In this document: one piece after another, positions 25,387 through 40,048 of the stretch
How the letters are laid out: each line of letters starts with the position of its first letter
How positions within the stretch are numbered: the stretch's first letter is position 1
Assembly (NCBI RefSeq): GCF_036321535.1
Contig: NC_087436.1
Coordinates: 41,666,001-41,730,000 of the forward strand
From: Camelus dromedarius
Taxonomy: Eukaryota
Direction: 5' to 3'
Length of the DNA: 64,000 bases
The notes under the pieces: generated by a model
The model's input: only the letters and a program-made list of their open reading frames with translations
Told to the model about the DNA's origin: nothing
Database searches by the model: none
Program-made: the position numbers and the translations under genes

Positions 25387-28245
25387 AATAGACTTTATTT
25401 TTAGAGTAGTTTTAGGTTTACAGCAAAATTTATTGGAATGTATGTAGAGTTTGCATATATCCTCTACTCCCATACATGCACAACCTTCCCCACTACTGCC
25501 GTGTAGAATCACAGTGGTACATGTTACCAGTGATGAACCTACATTGACACATCATTAACACTCAAACTCCATAGTTTGTATTATGGTTCACTCTTGGTGT
25601 AGTACATTCTGTAGGTTTTAACAAATGTATGATGACATGTATCCACCACTGTAGCATTTTATAGAATAGTTTCACTGCACTTAAAGTCCTCTGTGCTCTA
25701 TTCATCCTCCTGTCTTCCCAATCACTGACAGCCACTGATCATTTGCCATTTCCAGAATGTCATATAGTTGGGATCATACAGTATGTATCCTTTTCATGTT
25801 GGCTTCTTTCACTTAGTAATATATCTTTGAGCCTCCTAGACGTCTTTTCACTGCTTGATCATTTCTTTTAACACTGAATAATATTTCATTGTTTGGATTT
25901 ACAATGGTTTATTTATTCATTCATCTACTGAAAGTCGTCTTGGTTTCTTCCAAATTGTTGCAATTATGAGTGAAGCTGCTATAAACATCCATAGGCAGGT
26001 TTTTATGTGGACATGTTTCAGCCTTTTTAGGCAAATACCAAGGACTGCTTTTGCTGGATCATATGTTAAGAGTATGTATAGTTTTGTAAGAAGCCACCGA
26101 ACTGCTTTCCAAAGAGGCTGTACCATTTTGCATTCCCATCAGTAATGGATGAGAGTTCCTGTTGCTCCACATTCTCTGCAGAATTTGTTTTTGTCAGTAT
26201 TTTGGATTTTGGCTATTCTAAAAATAGGTGTTTAGTGGTTATCTCATTGCTATTTTAATTTTCAATTACCTAATAACATACAATGCTGGGCATCTTTTTA
26301 TATGAGCTTTTTATATCTTTATATGAGTGTGTCATTTGTATACCCTCTTTGGTGAGATGTCTGTTCAGGTCCTTTGCCCATTTTTAAATAGGCTGTTTCT
26401 TTTTCTTTATTTTTGAATTTTAAGAGTTCATTGGATTATAGTTCTTTGGATAAGAGTCCTTTATCAGATGTGTGCCTTGCAAATATTTTCTCCCAGTCTG
26501 TGGCTTGTCTTCTTATGCTCTTGACAGTGTCTTTAGCAGAGAAGAAGTTTTTTAATCTAAATTAAGAACAGATTATCAATTGTTTGTTTCATAGATAGTG
26601 CTTCTGATATTGTATCTGAAAAGTAAATGCCATTACTCAAGGTCATGTAGGTTTTCTTTGTTACCTACTAGAGGTTTGTAGATTTGCATCTTACATTTAG
26701 ATTTATGATCCATTTTGATCTAATTTTTGTGAAACATATTAGATCTGTTTCTAATTCTTTTTCTTTTTTTTTTTTTTGGCATGTGGGGATCCAGTATTAC
26801 AACTTCATATATGGAATAGATCACCTTTGCTACATCATATTGCCTTTCCTCCTTTGCCAAAGATCAGTGGACTGTATTTATGTGAGTATATTACTGGACT
26901 TTCTATTCTTTCCATTGCACTTTTTTTTTTTTTTTGCCAATACTATACTGTCTTAATTACTATAACCTTATAGTGCATCTTGAAGTTGGGTAGTGTCAGA
27001 GTTTTGACTTTATTCTTCCTCTTTCAATATTGTGTTGACTGTTCTGGGTCTATCGCCTCTCCAGATAAACTTTAGAATCAGTTTGTCAGTATTATTAAAA
27101 TAATGTGCTAGGATTTTAATTGGGATTCGCTGAATCCAGAGATCAAGTGGAAAAACTTAAATCTTGACAATCTTTCTATCCATGAACATGAAATACCTAT
27201 TTATTTAGTTCTTCTTTGATTCTGTTCCTCGGAATTTTATAGTTTTTGTCATATAGATCTTGTGCATACTTTGTTAAAATTATATCTAAGTATTTCTATT
27301 TTGCGGAATGCTAATGTAAATAGTATGGGGAATGCTAATGTAAATATTATTGGGAATGCTAATGTAAATAGTAAAGAGTTTTTAATTTCAGATCCTCGTT
27401 TTCATTGCTGATATATAGGAAAGGGATTGACTTTTGTTATTGACCTTGTATCCTGCAACATTAGTATAATTGGTTTTGAGTTCCAGAATTTTTCTGTTGA
27501 TTCTTTCAGATTTTCTACACATGTGATCCTATCATGTGTGAACAAAAATAGTTTTATTTATTACCTCCCCAAATGTTTATTTGTTATCCTTTTCTTGTTT
27601 TATTGCATTTGTTAAGACTTCTTGTACAATGTTGAAAAAGAGTGATGAAAGGAGGCATCCTCACCTTGTTCCTGATCTTGAAAGCATCTAGTTTCTCCCC
27701 TTCAAGTAGACACCAGCTATAGTTTTATTTTAAATATTTACTAAATTAAGGAAGTTCCCATCTATTCCTGGTTTACTGAGGGTTTATCATGAATTGGTGT
27801 TGAATTTTGTTATATGATTTTTCTGCATCTATTAATATGATCATCAGATTTTCTTCTTTAGCCTGTAGATGTGATAAATTGCTTGAATTGATTTTCACAT
27901 ATTGAATCTGCCTTGCATACCTGGGATAAATCCCACATGATGTGGTATATATTCTTTTTATACTTGTTTGCATTTTATACTTATTTTGCATTTTATACTT
28001 GTTTTGAAACCATTTTGTTGAAATTTTTTGCATCTATGTTCAATAGAGATGTTGGTTTGTAATTTTATTTCCTTGCAATGTTTTTGCCTGTTTGTATGTA
28101 TGTGTGTTAGGGTAATTCTGACCTCATAGATGAGTTAGGAAGTATTCCCTCCACTTCTGTCTTCTGAAAGATATTTTAGAGAATTTGTATGATTTCTTCC
28201 TTAAATGTTTGGTAGAATTCACCAGTGATTCCATCTGAGCTGGGA
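25387..28245 (-). mobile_element. L1MC1-like LINE-1, ~2.9 kb, 5'-truncated
   Basis: Continuous reverse L1 3' UTR and ORF2 text. ORFs 25917-26126 (LLTYDPAKAVLGI...MFIAASLIIA) and 27773-28033 (LMIILIDAEKSYNKIQHQFMI) are ORF2 remnants. Confidence 0.92.
27305..27373. repeat. 24-bp unit tandem repeat, ~2.9 copies
   Basis: ggaatgctaatgtaaata(g/t)ta at 27305, 27329 and 27353. Confidence 0.9.
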
Positions 28246-28487
28246 TTCATTTTTACAAATATATTCTCAATCCCTGATAAAGATAATTCTGTAGATCTAT
28301 TGAAGAAAACTTAAGGTCCTTGAAAAAGATTGTACATATTAAACTTACTCCCACACCCATATTTCCTTACATTTGCAATTTTTTTCCTCTATATCATACC
28401 AAGCAATATCTGGAACTTTAGGCCCATCACCATTATGTCACTGTTGAATCAAAGTTTCAGTCAACCATTAAAGCAAACAGCCTTTAG

Positions 28488-28540
28488 AGCAGTTCTGTCC
28501 ACTAGGACTTTGTGCAGCAAAAGAAAGGTTTTGTATCTGG
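28488..28540 (+). mobile_element. MER3-like hAT terminal fragment
   Basis: agcagttctgtccactaggactttgtgcagcaaaagaaaggttttgtatctg. Confidence 0.45.
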
Positions 28541-29329
28541 GAAGCCTGCAAAACAAAAGCACAATAAAGCATCAATTACCTCTAGTCAATCAGTAGTATC
28601 AGAGACACATTATAAACTACTACACACAGAGGAAAATTGAAGAGTCTGGATCAAGGCCAAATCCTGTGTGATTTTTCAAGCCCAACCCTAGTCAATTACA
28701 AAGGCTTTACCTGGAAGGCCTTACAGGGGAAAACCACCCTCCATATACCAGACTTTGTACATAGGGAGTGCACTGAAGTCTCTGAATGGAGTTGCAATCA
28801 AGGGCTGAGGAGCTTACCATCCATGGCCTTTTACGTAGCTGCATTCTGAACCCAGGTGCCTCCATTTTGAGTCCTCCTTATGAGTGTATTGGAGGTAAGG
28901 AGGTCTTGAGCCAAGGCTTATGCCCATTGCCTCTGCTAAGATCTTATCAGGAGGGAAAGTAGACGCTATGAAAATATCTTCTTATCTCTGATTCAGTACT
29001 TTTCCACTTCCGGCCCTTCTCTTCCTTCTCTCAGGTCCATAAACGGCATAAGCCTTTGTTTCGGACTCCCTCAGCAGGGAAGGAATCCGAGGTCTTAGCT
29101 GGTCCACATGACCCTCACCCAGTGCTGCTCCTGGGGGAAAATGGGACCCTGAGGGAGCCAGTTCTTTTTTCTGTTTGGCCTCTTGTTTAGCATCGCAGTA
29201 AGTGATTAAAAGCTTGACTGATACCTTTATTTTGCTTGTTGTTTTAATTGACCTCTTAGATACCCAGTAGCTCAGCCCTCTCCAGTTCAGCTCTTGACAA
29301 TTCTCTAGCAAAAATACAATCAACAGATG

Positions 29330-31190
29330 GCAATCCTATGATAATGAGGACTATAAAGTAGATCATAATCAAATAACATGAGATAAATGTAAACATTCTT
29401 GGAATGAATGGAAAGATAAGAGTTCTCAACAGAAAAGTAGAAACTTAAAAAAAAATGACGGAAATTTCTGAACTGAAAAATATACTATCAAGAATAATAA
29501 ATTTTTTGGATAGGTTATTCAGCCAATAGAATAGAGATGACAGAGGAAAACAATGGTTAAAGACACATGAATATAAATTTTCCAATCAGGAATAGAGAGA
29601 AGAAAATAAATGGAAAAACAAAAAGGAAGAAAAATAAAACATCAGAACTGGATTGTGGAGTAATATCAAAATGAGCTAATATTTGCATGATCAGAATCCC
29701 AGCAGGAGAGATAAAGGATATTGGTGGAGAAAAATATTTGAAGAGATAATGACTCAAAAATTTCCAAATTTGGGAAAAAATATACATTTGAAAATCAGAA
29801 AATTCCAAACACAATAAATTCAAATAAAACTACGCCCAGATACATCATAAACAAACTGCTGAAAATCAAAAATAAGGGGGAAAAATGAAAGCAGTCAGAA
29901 AAATAAATGATACAGTTCACATAGAGGAGCAAGTGTTAGAATGATTACAGTTTCCTGTTAGAAACTATGAAGTGTAATGGTATTTTAACTAGTTAGAAAA
30001 TAAGTAGCAACCAAGAATTTTATATCCTTCAGGCATGAAGGGGTGAAAAAAAAAGAACATTTTCAGAGGCATAAAAATGAGGAGAATTTGTCAACAGCAG
30101 ACTTGCGCTGAAAGAAATATGAATCTAAATTCTTCAGGCTAAAGAGAAATGATCAGAAGGAAAATTGAAACTTCAGGATGAAAAGCAATAGAAATGGCAA
30201 ATATTTAAGTAAATACTATTTTTCTACTCTCAATTTTTTTTACTATATATTACTCATGAAACAAAATTGTAAAATTATCTAGGGATATTTTCAGTGTATG
30301 TAGATGTAGTGCATATGTCAACTATAGCATACTGAGGGGAGGGTAAGGGGCTGATATGGTTTTAAAGTTTATATATTTTATTTGAAGTGGTAAATATAAT
30401 CTGTAGGTAGACAGTGAAGGGTTAGATTGAACAATCTATGCAATCACACACAAAAGAAAAATACGGAGATAGAGCTTAAAATCCAAGAGATAAATTAAAA
30501 TGGAATACCAAGTAAAAATTAAATAACCTAAACATGACAAAAAAGTGTGGAGTAGAGGGGGGAAAAAAAGAGAGGCAAATAGCAAATAAATAATAAAAAT
30601 AAATACTTAAGTCCAACCATATCAGCAATTACCTTAACTGGAAAAAAGTTCTACAGTTGCTTAAGCACATATTTACAACTTCATGTTGAAATTCCACTCT
30701 TAATTGTTTAACTAAGAGAAAAAAAAGTTTACAGAAACCTGCATGAAACTGTGTTTGTAGCTTTATTCATAACTGCTATAACCTGGAAAGAATTCATATG
30801 TCGTTCAAATAGTGAAGATATTTTTAATTGGTAATTAATATGATGGAATACTACTCAGAATAAAAAGGAACTCAATATTGGCAGAAGCAACAACATAATT
30901 TATTATGCTAAGTGAAAGAACCCAGACTCAAGAGGTTGCATATTGTATGATTACATTTATCTGACATTTGAAAAGGCAAAACCTTGAACCATTGGGAAGT
31001 TTTTATGGGTTAAGAGTGAGGGTGTGGATTGACTACAAAGGGTAATCATGAGGGACTTTTGGAGGGTATTAAAATTGATCTGTCTCGAGTGTGGTGGTAT
31101 TTACGTGATTCTGCATTTGTCAAAGATAAATGAACCATATACCAAAACAGGTGAATTTTACAGCATCTAAAATAAAAACAATTTTTAAAA
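29330..31190 (+). mobile_element. Old L1M(E) element: ORF1 region fused to ORF2 end/3' UTR
   Basis: ORF1-like text (aaaaatatttgaagagataatgactcaaaaatttccaaatt; caaccaagaattttatatcc), then ORF2 start-like ccaaccatatcagcaattacctt, then at ~30640 3'-end text (atgctaagtgaaagaacccagactcaa...tattgtatgattacattt). Confidence 0.75.
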
Positions 31191-33071
31191 ATGCCCTACA
31201 GAAATATTCAATAAATGTTAGCTGTAATGGTTATCATTATTTTATGTTAATAATGTGTTAGTATATTTGAATACAGAATGGCAGGTGAGTCCAGCAATAT
31301 CTATGAACTTATCTCCATCTAAAATTTTGTTCTTCTTTCCTTTGTCTATACTTCCAAAATCCATTCCCACATATATTTGTTCAGATTTTGTGTATACAAA
31401 AGAGAAAGGTCTTACAATTCTTTAGTGAGGCAAGTCTTCTACTTTTGCTCTTGACTTTATACTTTGCCCATCAGAGTGCTGAAATCCTGACTCCAGTTGT
31501 GTTAACAGAGGCAATGAGCAGCGTTGGAAGAGGAAGTTTAGAAAGGGAGATTTTTGCAAGAAGGAAAATTGGCTTCCCCTCACATGCAATTTGCTTACAT
31601 TAAGTTATTACACAAACTTCAAGGAATGCAAGAAACCATTCCTGAATAATAAGAAACCAGCTGTCAGGTGGTAACCCGCCATGGGTTTTAGGAGATGAAT
31701 TACTGGGAGCCCCCTTCCAATTTTTAATATCCCCCTCTGTCTTTTTAAGTATCCTCAATTTCATTTTTAAAAACTTATGAGACAGTAAATCCTACTAACA
31801 ATTACAATTGGCCAATTTGTAACAACCAGTTCAGAATTTGCATATGGTTTTTGGCTGGGGCCCTATGGCTGTATGAATTTAAAGAATTAATAGGAAGTGC
31901 AGGGATTCAGTCAGCCTTGAGATTAAATTGTAGATGTTTGAGCTTGTCTTTCTCTTTCTCCTTGTTATCTATAAATATTAGAGACATCCAGTCTACCCCT
32001 AATCCTCATAGTTCCTCCTCTAAAACAGTTGTGTTATGTTGATGTTTTATTGTTTATTAGTTTTAACCAATGTCTACTTGAGTTTTCAAAGTCTTCCTTA
32101 ATGTGCCCTTCAATTCCAGATGATCACATATTATTATTTAATTAGTTGTTTTACTACTGCATGCTGTATGCTGCCAAATTCTAATTATGTGATATCTGCT
32201 GAATTTTTAATTGCTCTCAGCTCCAACTGGGACCAGATAATCAGTATTATATTACCACATTAAAAAAAAAATCTGTCTGCAACCAGCAACTATTCCTGGC
32301 ACTTAAATCTCTTTTATCAGTTTTGGTAATGTCAAGAAATGCAGACTGATTCTGTCTTAAAGCAGGGGGGAAAAATTATTGAGTGTCTGGGAAATCTAGA
32401 GAAGCAGGCTGCCCTATTTTCTAGAGTTCAGAAGAATTTTGGAAAATATGTACTCAATACCTACGATGTAAAGAATACAGATAAAGATACAGAAGAAATA
32501 AACAAATATAAAAAATATATCTACATGTGATTTTGGTCAAAATTGCAATTTTCATTAAAGTCAAGGAAATATTTCTGTCCTGATTTTGTAATTTATTACT
32601 GACTCTCTCATGATAAGAGAAATATACAATTTTGAGACTTTTTACTTAATAATGCTTTTTAAGCATGGTTTCATCATTTATTTTATATTCTGTTTTATTT
32701 AGGAAGCTTTTATAAAGCTTTTTTATTTAGAAAAATTAATGAGGTAAAAGGTGGGTATGAAGGGTTCCAAGAAGGTCCTTCAAATTTTTAATGTTGCTGA
32801 TAATTGATTATTAAAGAGGTAAATAATGCTTGACTGATTTATTTCACATACACAAGTTATTATAATAAAATTCAATTATTATAAGAGCCAAAAAAAGAAA
32901 TTTAAGGCTATAAACACTGCACTGAACGGAAAAGTATTTTGGGCCCTAAAGAGTTAGGACACTTCCTAAAAAGATTATTCTTAAACTGAATCTGGTAGTT
33001 AGTGAAGGGTAGCAGTTAAGACTATAGACTTTGGAGGCTTATTGTTTGGATACGTGTTTTAGTCCTGCCAT

Positions 33072-33380
33072 CATTATGAACTGAATGTTTGTGTCCCTTT
33101 AGAACTGATATATTGAGATTCTAACCCCCAGTATGATAGTATTAGGAGGTATGGCCCTTGGGAGGTGATTAGGTCATGAGAGCAGATGTCCTTTTCATGG
33201 ATTCATGTGCTTTAAAAGAGACCTCAAACAGCTCTCTTGTTCTTTCTGTCCTGTGAGGACACAATGAGATTGGCCATCTATGAACCAGGAACTGGACTCT
33301 TACCAGAAACCAAATCTGTCTGGTGAGATCTTAAACTTCCCAGACTCCAGAAATGTCAGAAATAAATGTTGTTTAAGCAG
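33072..33380 (+). mobile_element. MLT1A-type MaLR LTR, 3' end clipped, adjacent to a MIR fragment (33000-33070)
   Basis: tatgaactgaatgtttgtgtccc...ggtgattaggtcatgag...cttcccagactccagaaatgtcagaaataaatg. Confidence 0.85.
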
Positions 33381-36300
33381 TGCCTGGAAGAGTGCAATGT
33401 GGAAATTGTTATTATGACGAAAAAGAGGAACTTGCTTTTGGCATGGGGACAATGGAGGAACGGGTACTGTGAGCTGTGTCCCAGGCTGGGGAAAGCAGGC
33501 CAGCTTAGAGAATAGATGTCATTGCTGTTTTGCTGTAAAGTGCAAAAAGTTAGTAATAAATGAACCTGGAAATACAAGGAATACTGGGAGAATATTGACA
33601 GCAAGAGTATTGACAATCATGAGGAATGCTTTGTAGGTACAATGTGAAGCCAGCAGAGGTACTTAAGCCTGGAAGTTGCAAAGTGTTAGTTGTGGTTGTT
33701 GTACAGCTTTTAACTTCATTTTAAAAATATACAGTATTACAAAATAAATGTTTTTCCAGTCACACAGTTTAAGCTTAATATACAAATTGATTCTTATTTG
33801 TATATAGGAAAATATCTAAAATGTAGGGTACTAGATCAAACTGCAGAGTCACAAATAGGAGTAAATTGTAAACTTTCTATTTATGTCAAAATACCTAGCT
33901 GAGAAAGAAGCCATTAAATGTTCTCACAATACAAAATGCAAAGATGCCCAATATAAATATAAAACATCTAAATGCATATAATGAGTGAAATCCTAAATTT
34001 AAAAGATATCATTTCAAGGGACATGAAAGACCTAGCCATTAGGAGATCCCAAATTTATAAATCAGAAAATAATACAAGGAGTTATTTGAGACAAATACAG
34101 AAAAACGTATTAGAGAACAATACAATCTCTTAACAACAGATCTTCTAAGATTCACTGATTAAACCTAAAAGTCTTTATTCCTTGAATGTCATTTTAAAAT
34201 TAATAATTGAATGTTTTTCCATATCCTGAAGGAGGACTAAATCCACATTAACCATAGTCAATAGCAACATCTATTATTTATTAGGCATATTGGATGTTCC
34301 AATCACTTGGCAGCCTTCAGGCATATTTCTAATGGAAAGAAGGACACTATAGGGTTTCAAAACAGTCTTAATTTGCAGATTTAAGTACAGGAATGCAAAG
34401 GCTAACTTGCCTACAAAGACAATATTTTATTTACATATACACCTTTATACCATTTAAAGCAGAATTTGCAAAATTACATTTATTTCTGTTATTCTGTTCA
34501 TATAGCCACATTTAAAAATAATATGAGCTCAGAGAATTCAATGACCAATTACCTCCTGAATGTCACTCACCTGGGAAAGCTGAAAGTTATAGGCCTGCAG
34601 GGTAAATGTCAAGTGAATGTGTTTGGAACGTGGCCATATCTGATTAGCAAAGCTGTTTTCAGCATATTCAGTTCCTAGGCATGTGTAATTTGCCCTATGT
34701 TCCTGAAACATAATGGGAGAAAATAGGATATTCTGCAACCTCTGGACAATTAAGGCAGTGAGGGTGGGGATTCAATTCCAATTAATAAACATTTATTGAA
34801 TGTTTAAAATTATTCAATAAATGGGCTAAATTTTGTCAAATCCTTTTATAAAATATTCTTCATACTGCTTCAGATCTCTATTTAAATATTTGAATTTTTC
34901 ACATATATTGACCATATTTATGATCAGATGCTTGACATATTGAGTTAGATACAAATTGTTTATTGATATATGTCTTCTGTCTGTGACTGGATTTTAAAAA
35001 TGCCTGCCAGTGAGGTCATATATTATTGGAGTCTTTGCCTTGTGCAGTGTAACATATAAAGTAGATACTAAAATAATTACTAATTAAATGAATTCATAGA
35101 TTAATAGATTTTCAATTTTTGCTTGTAAGTATGAAACATCACTTGCACAATAGGCAACCTCAAGAAAAATACTTACAAATTTTGCTGGACTCAGAAGAGT
35201 AAAATTTGGATGAATTGAAGAAATGCATATTAATAAGCTTTTCAAAGGAATTATGGTGAGGCCCAAGGATGAGACTGCTGTTGTCCAAAGGTCACATTGT
35301 TAAGTTGGCTGAGAAAGTTTGATAGGTTTGAATTTAAGCAGTAAATGATTGACTCTTTCCCAGTGATTGTGATAATGAGAAATGCTCACTTTAGGAGTCA
35401 AGATTCAACTCTTAATGTGCTGTATTGCAGAATGATCTTTGATGCAGTATATTTGGGGACATCTTAGAAGTGTAGAGAGATTGCTGTCACCTCATGAAAA
35501 TATGATGTGGAGGGCAATCTAGTTACCTATGCAGGATTAGTCTAAACTGAATCACAAGTGGTAATCTAATCCCTGACATTAAACTCTCTAATGAATGCTA
35601 TTCAGTTTTATAACTTCTCAAAAGCCAATGAATTTTTTTTTGATACTTATGACTCAGGAAGAAATAGAATAATGCACAAAATATACTTAGTATGACCATA
35701 ATCTCTTTTGATACTGAAACATTTTTCATTTTTTCATAATGTAAATCATCCGTAAATGGCAATTTTTTAGTGTTTCATAAATATATTTTATCAGTTTTTC
35801 CAATGAAGGAAAAGATGGAAATGAAAGTAGAGAAAATGCATTACAAGTAACCTTTCTAGGACGTCATTTTTCAGTGTCCACTGGAAGATTGGCTCCTGCC
35901 CTGAAGTCATGATTAGGCTCATGAATTATATGCCCATCTTGCAACATAAAGCATACCCCGAAATGTAGAGTCACACTTGATCTCTATGATATTTCCCCCT
36001 ATTTTAGAGAGAGTAAATTTAATTTGGGTAGTCTTCTATTTACCCCCAATGAAAACACATTTTGAAATAAAATATATTCATATTTCATAAAATTTATATT
36101 TTTCTTTAAACAGTTTATCCTTTAAGCACTTTAAAGTAATAAAGGTCACACTTATGACTCTGTCAGTAGTTTAGTTGTGATGACTGAAACTACTTACCAG
36201 AGGTAGCTATCCCTAATATGCAATGTAATACATTTGCTTGGCATACCTATATAATCAATACAACTTCCTAAGATACATACAAAACCTAGCAAATAAAATT

Positions 36301-39300
36301 GTTCATAGAAGAAATACTAAGCTAAATATAAAGAGTGTGATCAGTTAATGAGCCAAGAATAATCTAATTCAATCTTAGCAAGCTTACTCATGACTCTTTT
36401 CAGGCCTCAAAGGTAATAATTATAAATTAATTCTGCCAAGATTCTAGCCCTTGATAGGAAAAACTATACAACTTAGGAAAACATAGACACAGACACATCA
36501 GTTTTTGAAAAGAACCATTCAAAAAACTAAGAAAAACAAATTAAGACTGAGTAACATCATTCTATTCATATTTTTAAAATAGAAAAAAGGGTTTTAAAAA
36601 GCAGGAAGGAACCTCATAAATTATCCTGCCTTCTTCCTATGAGTAGACCTGGCATTGTCACAAAGAAATCATTTTTAAAAAGATGAAAATGGCCTAGTGT
36701 CTTACTAAAAAAAAATTTCACCAGAAAAATCTCATGATGTATTTAATCAAACTTTACACATCTATTGGGATATGCTTTCATATATCATGAAATTATATTC
36801 ATGATGTATGATTTACAAAATCATATATAGTGAAATAATATTTATGATATCATTAAAAAATTAAATTAAGGAAATGTGCATTTCTCACTTCTTTTTTCTC
36901 CATAGAAGTAAATGATTTATCCATTGCTTTCACTGAGTAAATTCAGTTTAATTCCTGCACAACTAACACTTTCTAGAATTCCCTTGAATTTTTTGTGCCC
37001 TGCGTGGTGTGTAAAGGGATTTTCTAGAGCAGTGATTGCACAACTTTATAAATGGTTAAACATTAACTTACATATAAATATATGTTTAATTATTTATTAA
37101 TAAATTATATACCTATATTATTTTATCAATATATACATATTATTTGCATATAATAATCAAAAGAATAACAGGATAAGACAAAATAAATGTGATAAAAGTT
37201 TAATATTTTCTTTTCCCACCAGTATTGAAACCGCTCTTGGGTACACATGTTTGAGTGTCAGTATAGGTCATGAATATTCATATACTTAAGGAAGTATTTA
37301 AATACACTTAAATCACACTATTATCTTTTCTTTGGTTCTTTTTCTGAAATGGATGATGCCATCCTATGCGAAAATTAAATTTTACAACATAGATGTCATT
37401 ATTACTCTCCTTCAAATATGACCAGTTTTCTATAAATCTTACATTGCTCAGTCCCAGAACTAGTAGTAATATTCTAAGTAGTATTCTATTAATGGTCAGA
37501 GTAGCCTAACAAAATTAAAATAGACCTCAATTTTATTTTGAGAATCATGGCTCTTAATTTTTAACAGATATAGAGAACTGAATTATATGTAACACAAAAA
37601 TCTCTTTAACAGCTATATTCCTTTTTTTCATATCATTGTCCATTAACAATCACATTTATAATTGAAATAGTTTTTATGTTCTTGTATATTTACAACAAAC
37701 TATATATTTTTTTTATTTTTTGAAACTTGTGATAAATGTCTTTTTAGTGGTTAAATGTAAATGGTATCTCTAATTCTTAAAAAATATATATAAGGGTAAA
37801 GAAAAAGCAGAGTGAAAGTATTCCCAAGTGTATGTTCCCCGTCCAATGTATCTTAAACAGTTTGCATAATATGGATATTATTTATTTATGTTATGTTATA
37901 TTAATATGTTATATTAACATAATGTATATTATGCTTTGAAATCAAAGTATTTTTTTGTCCAGAATTCTAGGCTGTTAAGATTCTCAACACTTTCCTGGTA
38001 AATGTGTCTGTATTTTTGCTATTATTGTTTTTTGTGTGTGTTTTTTTACTTAAACATATGGGGAGCCAAAATTCTTACATTCAGTTTTAAAATATATCTA
38101 AATAGCATTTCTAACCCATGACTCAGTTATTAGTGTTAATAACTAATGATTAATTAGCAGAGCCTAGGGATGAGTGAAATACAAGGCGAATATTATTCAA
38201 CACACTGTATAGATGAGTAAGCCAAGCTGAACTGTGACTGTTTAATGATCAATATCAATCTTCCTTCATAAGAAGTCATATGCTTCTGATTTATAAATGT
38301 GTACATTCTAGAGGGAAAAGGAAAGAAATTAAGATTATGCGTTCCAAGCAAAGTGACAAGTAAAATATTCTAAAATTGACCCAATTACTAATCTTCTCAG
38401 TGTATGCTCAGGAGTTAAGTAATAATGAAAAATCAATTATTTAATGATTAACCTCTGCCCCAATGGCTTTGTTCTCTGTTGTTTCCCATTATTGCCTTGC
38501 AATAATGAATAAAATACAAAATATGTATATAGCTGTTGCATACAACATGTTAGTATTCAAGGACCATGTAATTATTGAATGTCAGTATTTGAAAGATCCT
38601 TGGACTGGAATAATTGTGCAAACAGACTGGCTGTGTGGAAATGGGGAAATGATGCAGTGGCAACAACTGTTCCTTTTAATTACAATCCTGAATTTATGAG
38701 GAAAATGTCTCTAGGAATATTTAAGAATGTATGTGTATGTATCAAATGTAAAAGCAAATAGGAAGCTGGATGACTGTAAGGCGAGTAAGTGGAAGTCATT
38801 TTTAGGTCTTCTTATTTCATTCGAATTTTATAAAGTGTAACTTTGGGAAATTAATTATAAGCCAGAATTTTGAACGTATTTTTAAAGTGCATTTTTGCTA
38901 TCTCCTTTCTATTGTTGCACTTGACAAATCACGTGGAAGAATAATTATACTTTATACTAACATCTATTAACAGTTTCCTCTTCTTGCAGTCTTGATGAAT
39001 TCTTGGCCCCACCATTACCTCTGCTTGAATTTTCCTCTTTTAGCCCCCATGTTGCCATTAAAAATATTAATGTACTTTTGAGTCCCAGATTCTATAGTCT
39101 TTCCTGACCCCTTCAGACCCCTTCAGTAATCTCTTCTTCCTTAAAACTTCTTTATCTCTTATTTCTATACCAGAATATTACGGCAAAGTGTCTTAGATCC
39201 TTGTTTTAAGTTTTTAATTAGTTTTTTTTTTCATTTTTTTGTTGTTTAATTAGAGTTGAAGCTCTCTTAAGGTAAAAACACTGCCTTGTCTTTTAGATAT

Positions 39301-39369
39301 ATACACACCAAAGAGCACTAGAGCTATAACTTGCTAAATCAATTTTTAATTTTGTTGTGTTGATTATTA

Positions 39370-39520
39370 GCTTTTGACAAATACTTTCACATCTCTGAGC
39401 TCCAGCTTTCTCATCTCTATTTAGAGAATATGTGACTCACTGGTTGTTCAGAAGGTTAAGCAACAGGATAATAAGTTAGGGCAGCACCTTAGTATTAAGC
39501 TGATCATCAATAATTATTAT
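39370..39520 (+). mobile_element. MIR fragment (preceded by L2-like remnant ~39010-39340)
   Basis: gacaaatactttcacatctctgagctccagctttctcatctcta. Confidence 0.55.
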
Positions 39521-40048
39521 TTAAATAAAAATTCACATTGTATTGTGTATCTAGAACATAGTAGATGTTCTGTATGTATGGAAGATATAACAGGACTTTT
39601 GATGTATATATTACATTTATATTTTAAAACTAGAATTGTATACAATGTCTTATTTGATATTCAGACTTCCTATGAAAGGTAAGACAGCTGGTGTTTCAGT
39701 TCTGCATAGAGCAGCTGTGAACTTTGTGTGCTGAAGTGTTTTCTATGTACACTTGTAGATTCTGACCTTGAGTCTAGATCTTCTGATTCTTAACTGCAAT
39801 ATTTTCTTACTTAGATGTTGAATTAAAGTCTAAATAAGTTTTATGTAAAAATTTGCCATTTTCTGGTAAAATGAAGTGCAGAGCACTTGTTCATCCTCCC
39901 CCACCGTGAGTATACAGCACACCATACAGTGCATTTACTCTGCAGTCCCTGGCCCATGTGTGGCTCCGAGTTGGAATCAATACATACTGTTAGTTGGTTT
40001 AAAATGAAAAAGTGAAAAAAATCTATTTCCTTATTTTCTGATTTGCAT

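Noticed and set aside
27305..27373. Direct repeats as a CRISPR-like array
   Set aside because: Contiguous tandem units without unique spacers, inside a mammalian L1, with no cas genes
31802..31822. Near-palindrome TTACAATTGGCCAATTTGTAA
   Set aside because: Short, imperfect and isolated; expected by chance in 64 kb
36781..36828. Two adjacent AT-rich hairpins (tatatcatgaa/ttcatgatgta; atgattt/aaatcat)
   Set aside because: Stems too short and AT-rich for a pre-miRNA or MITE call
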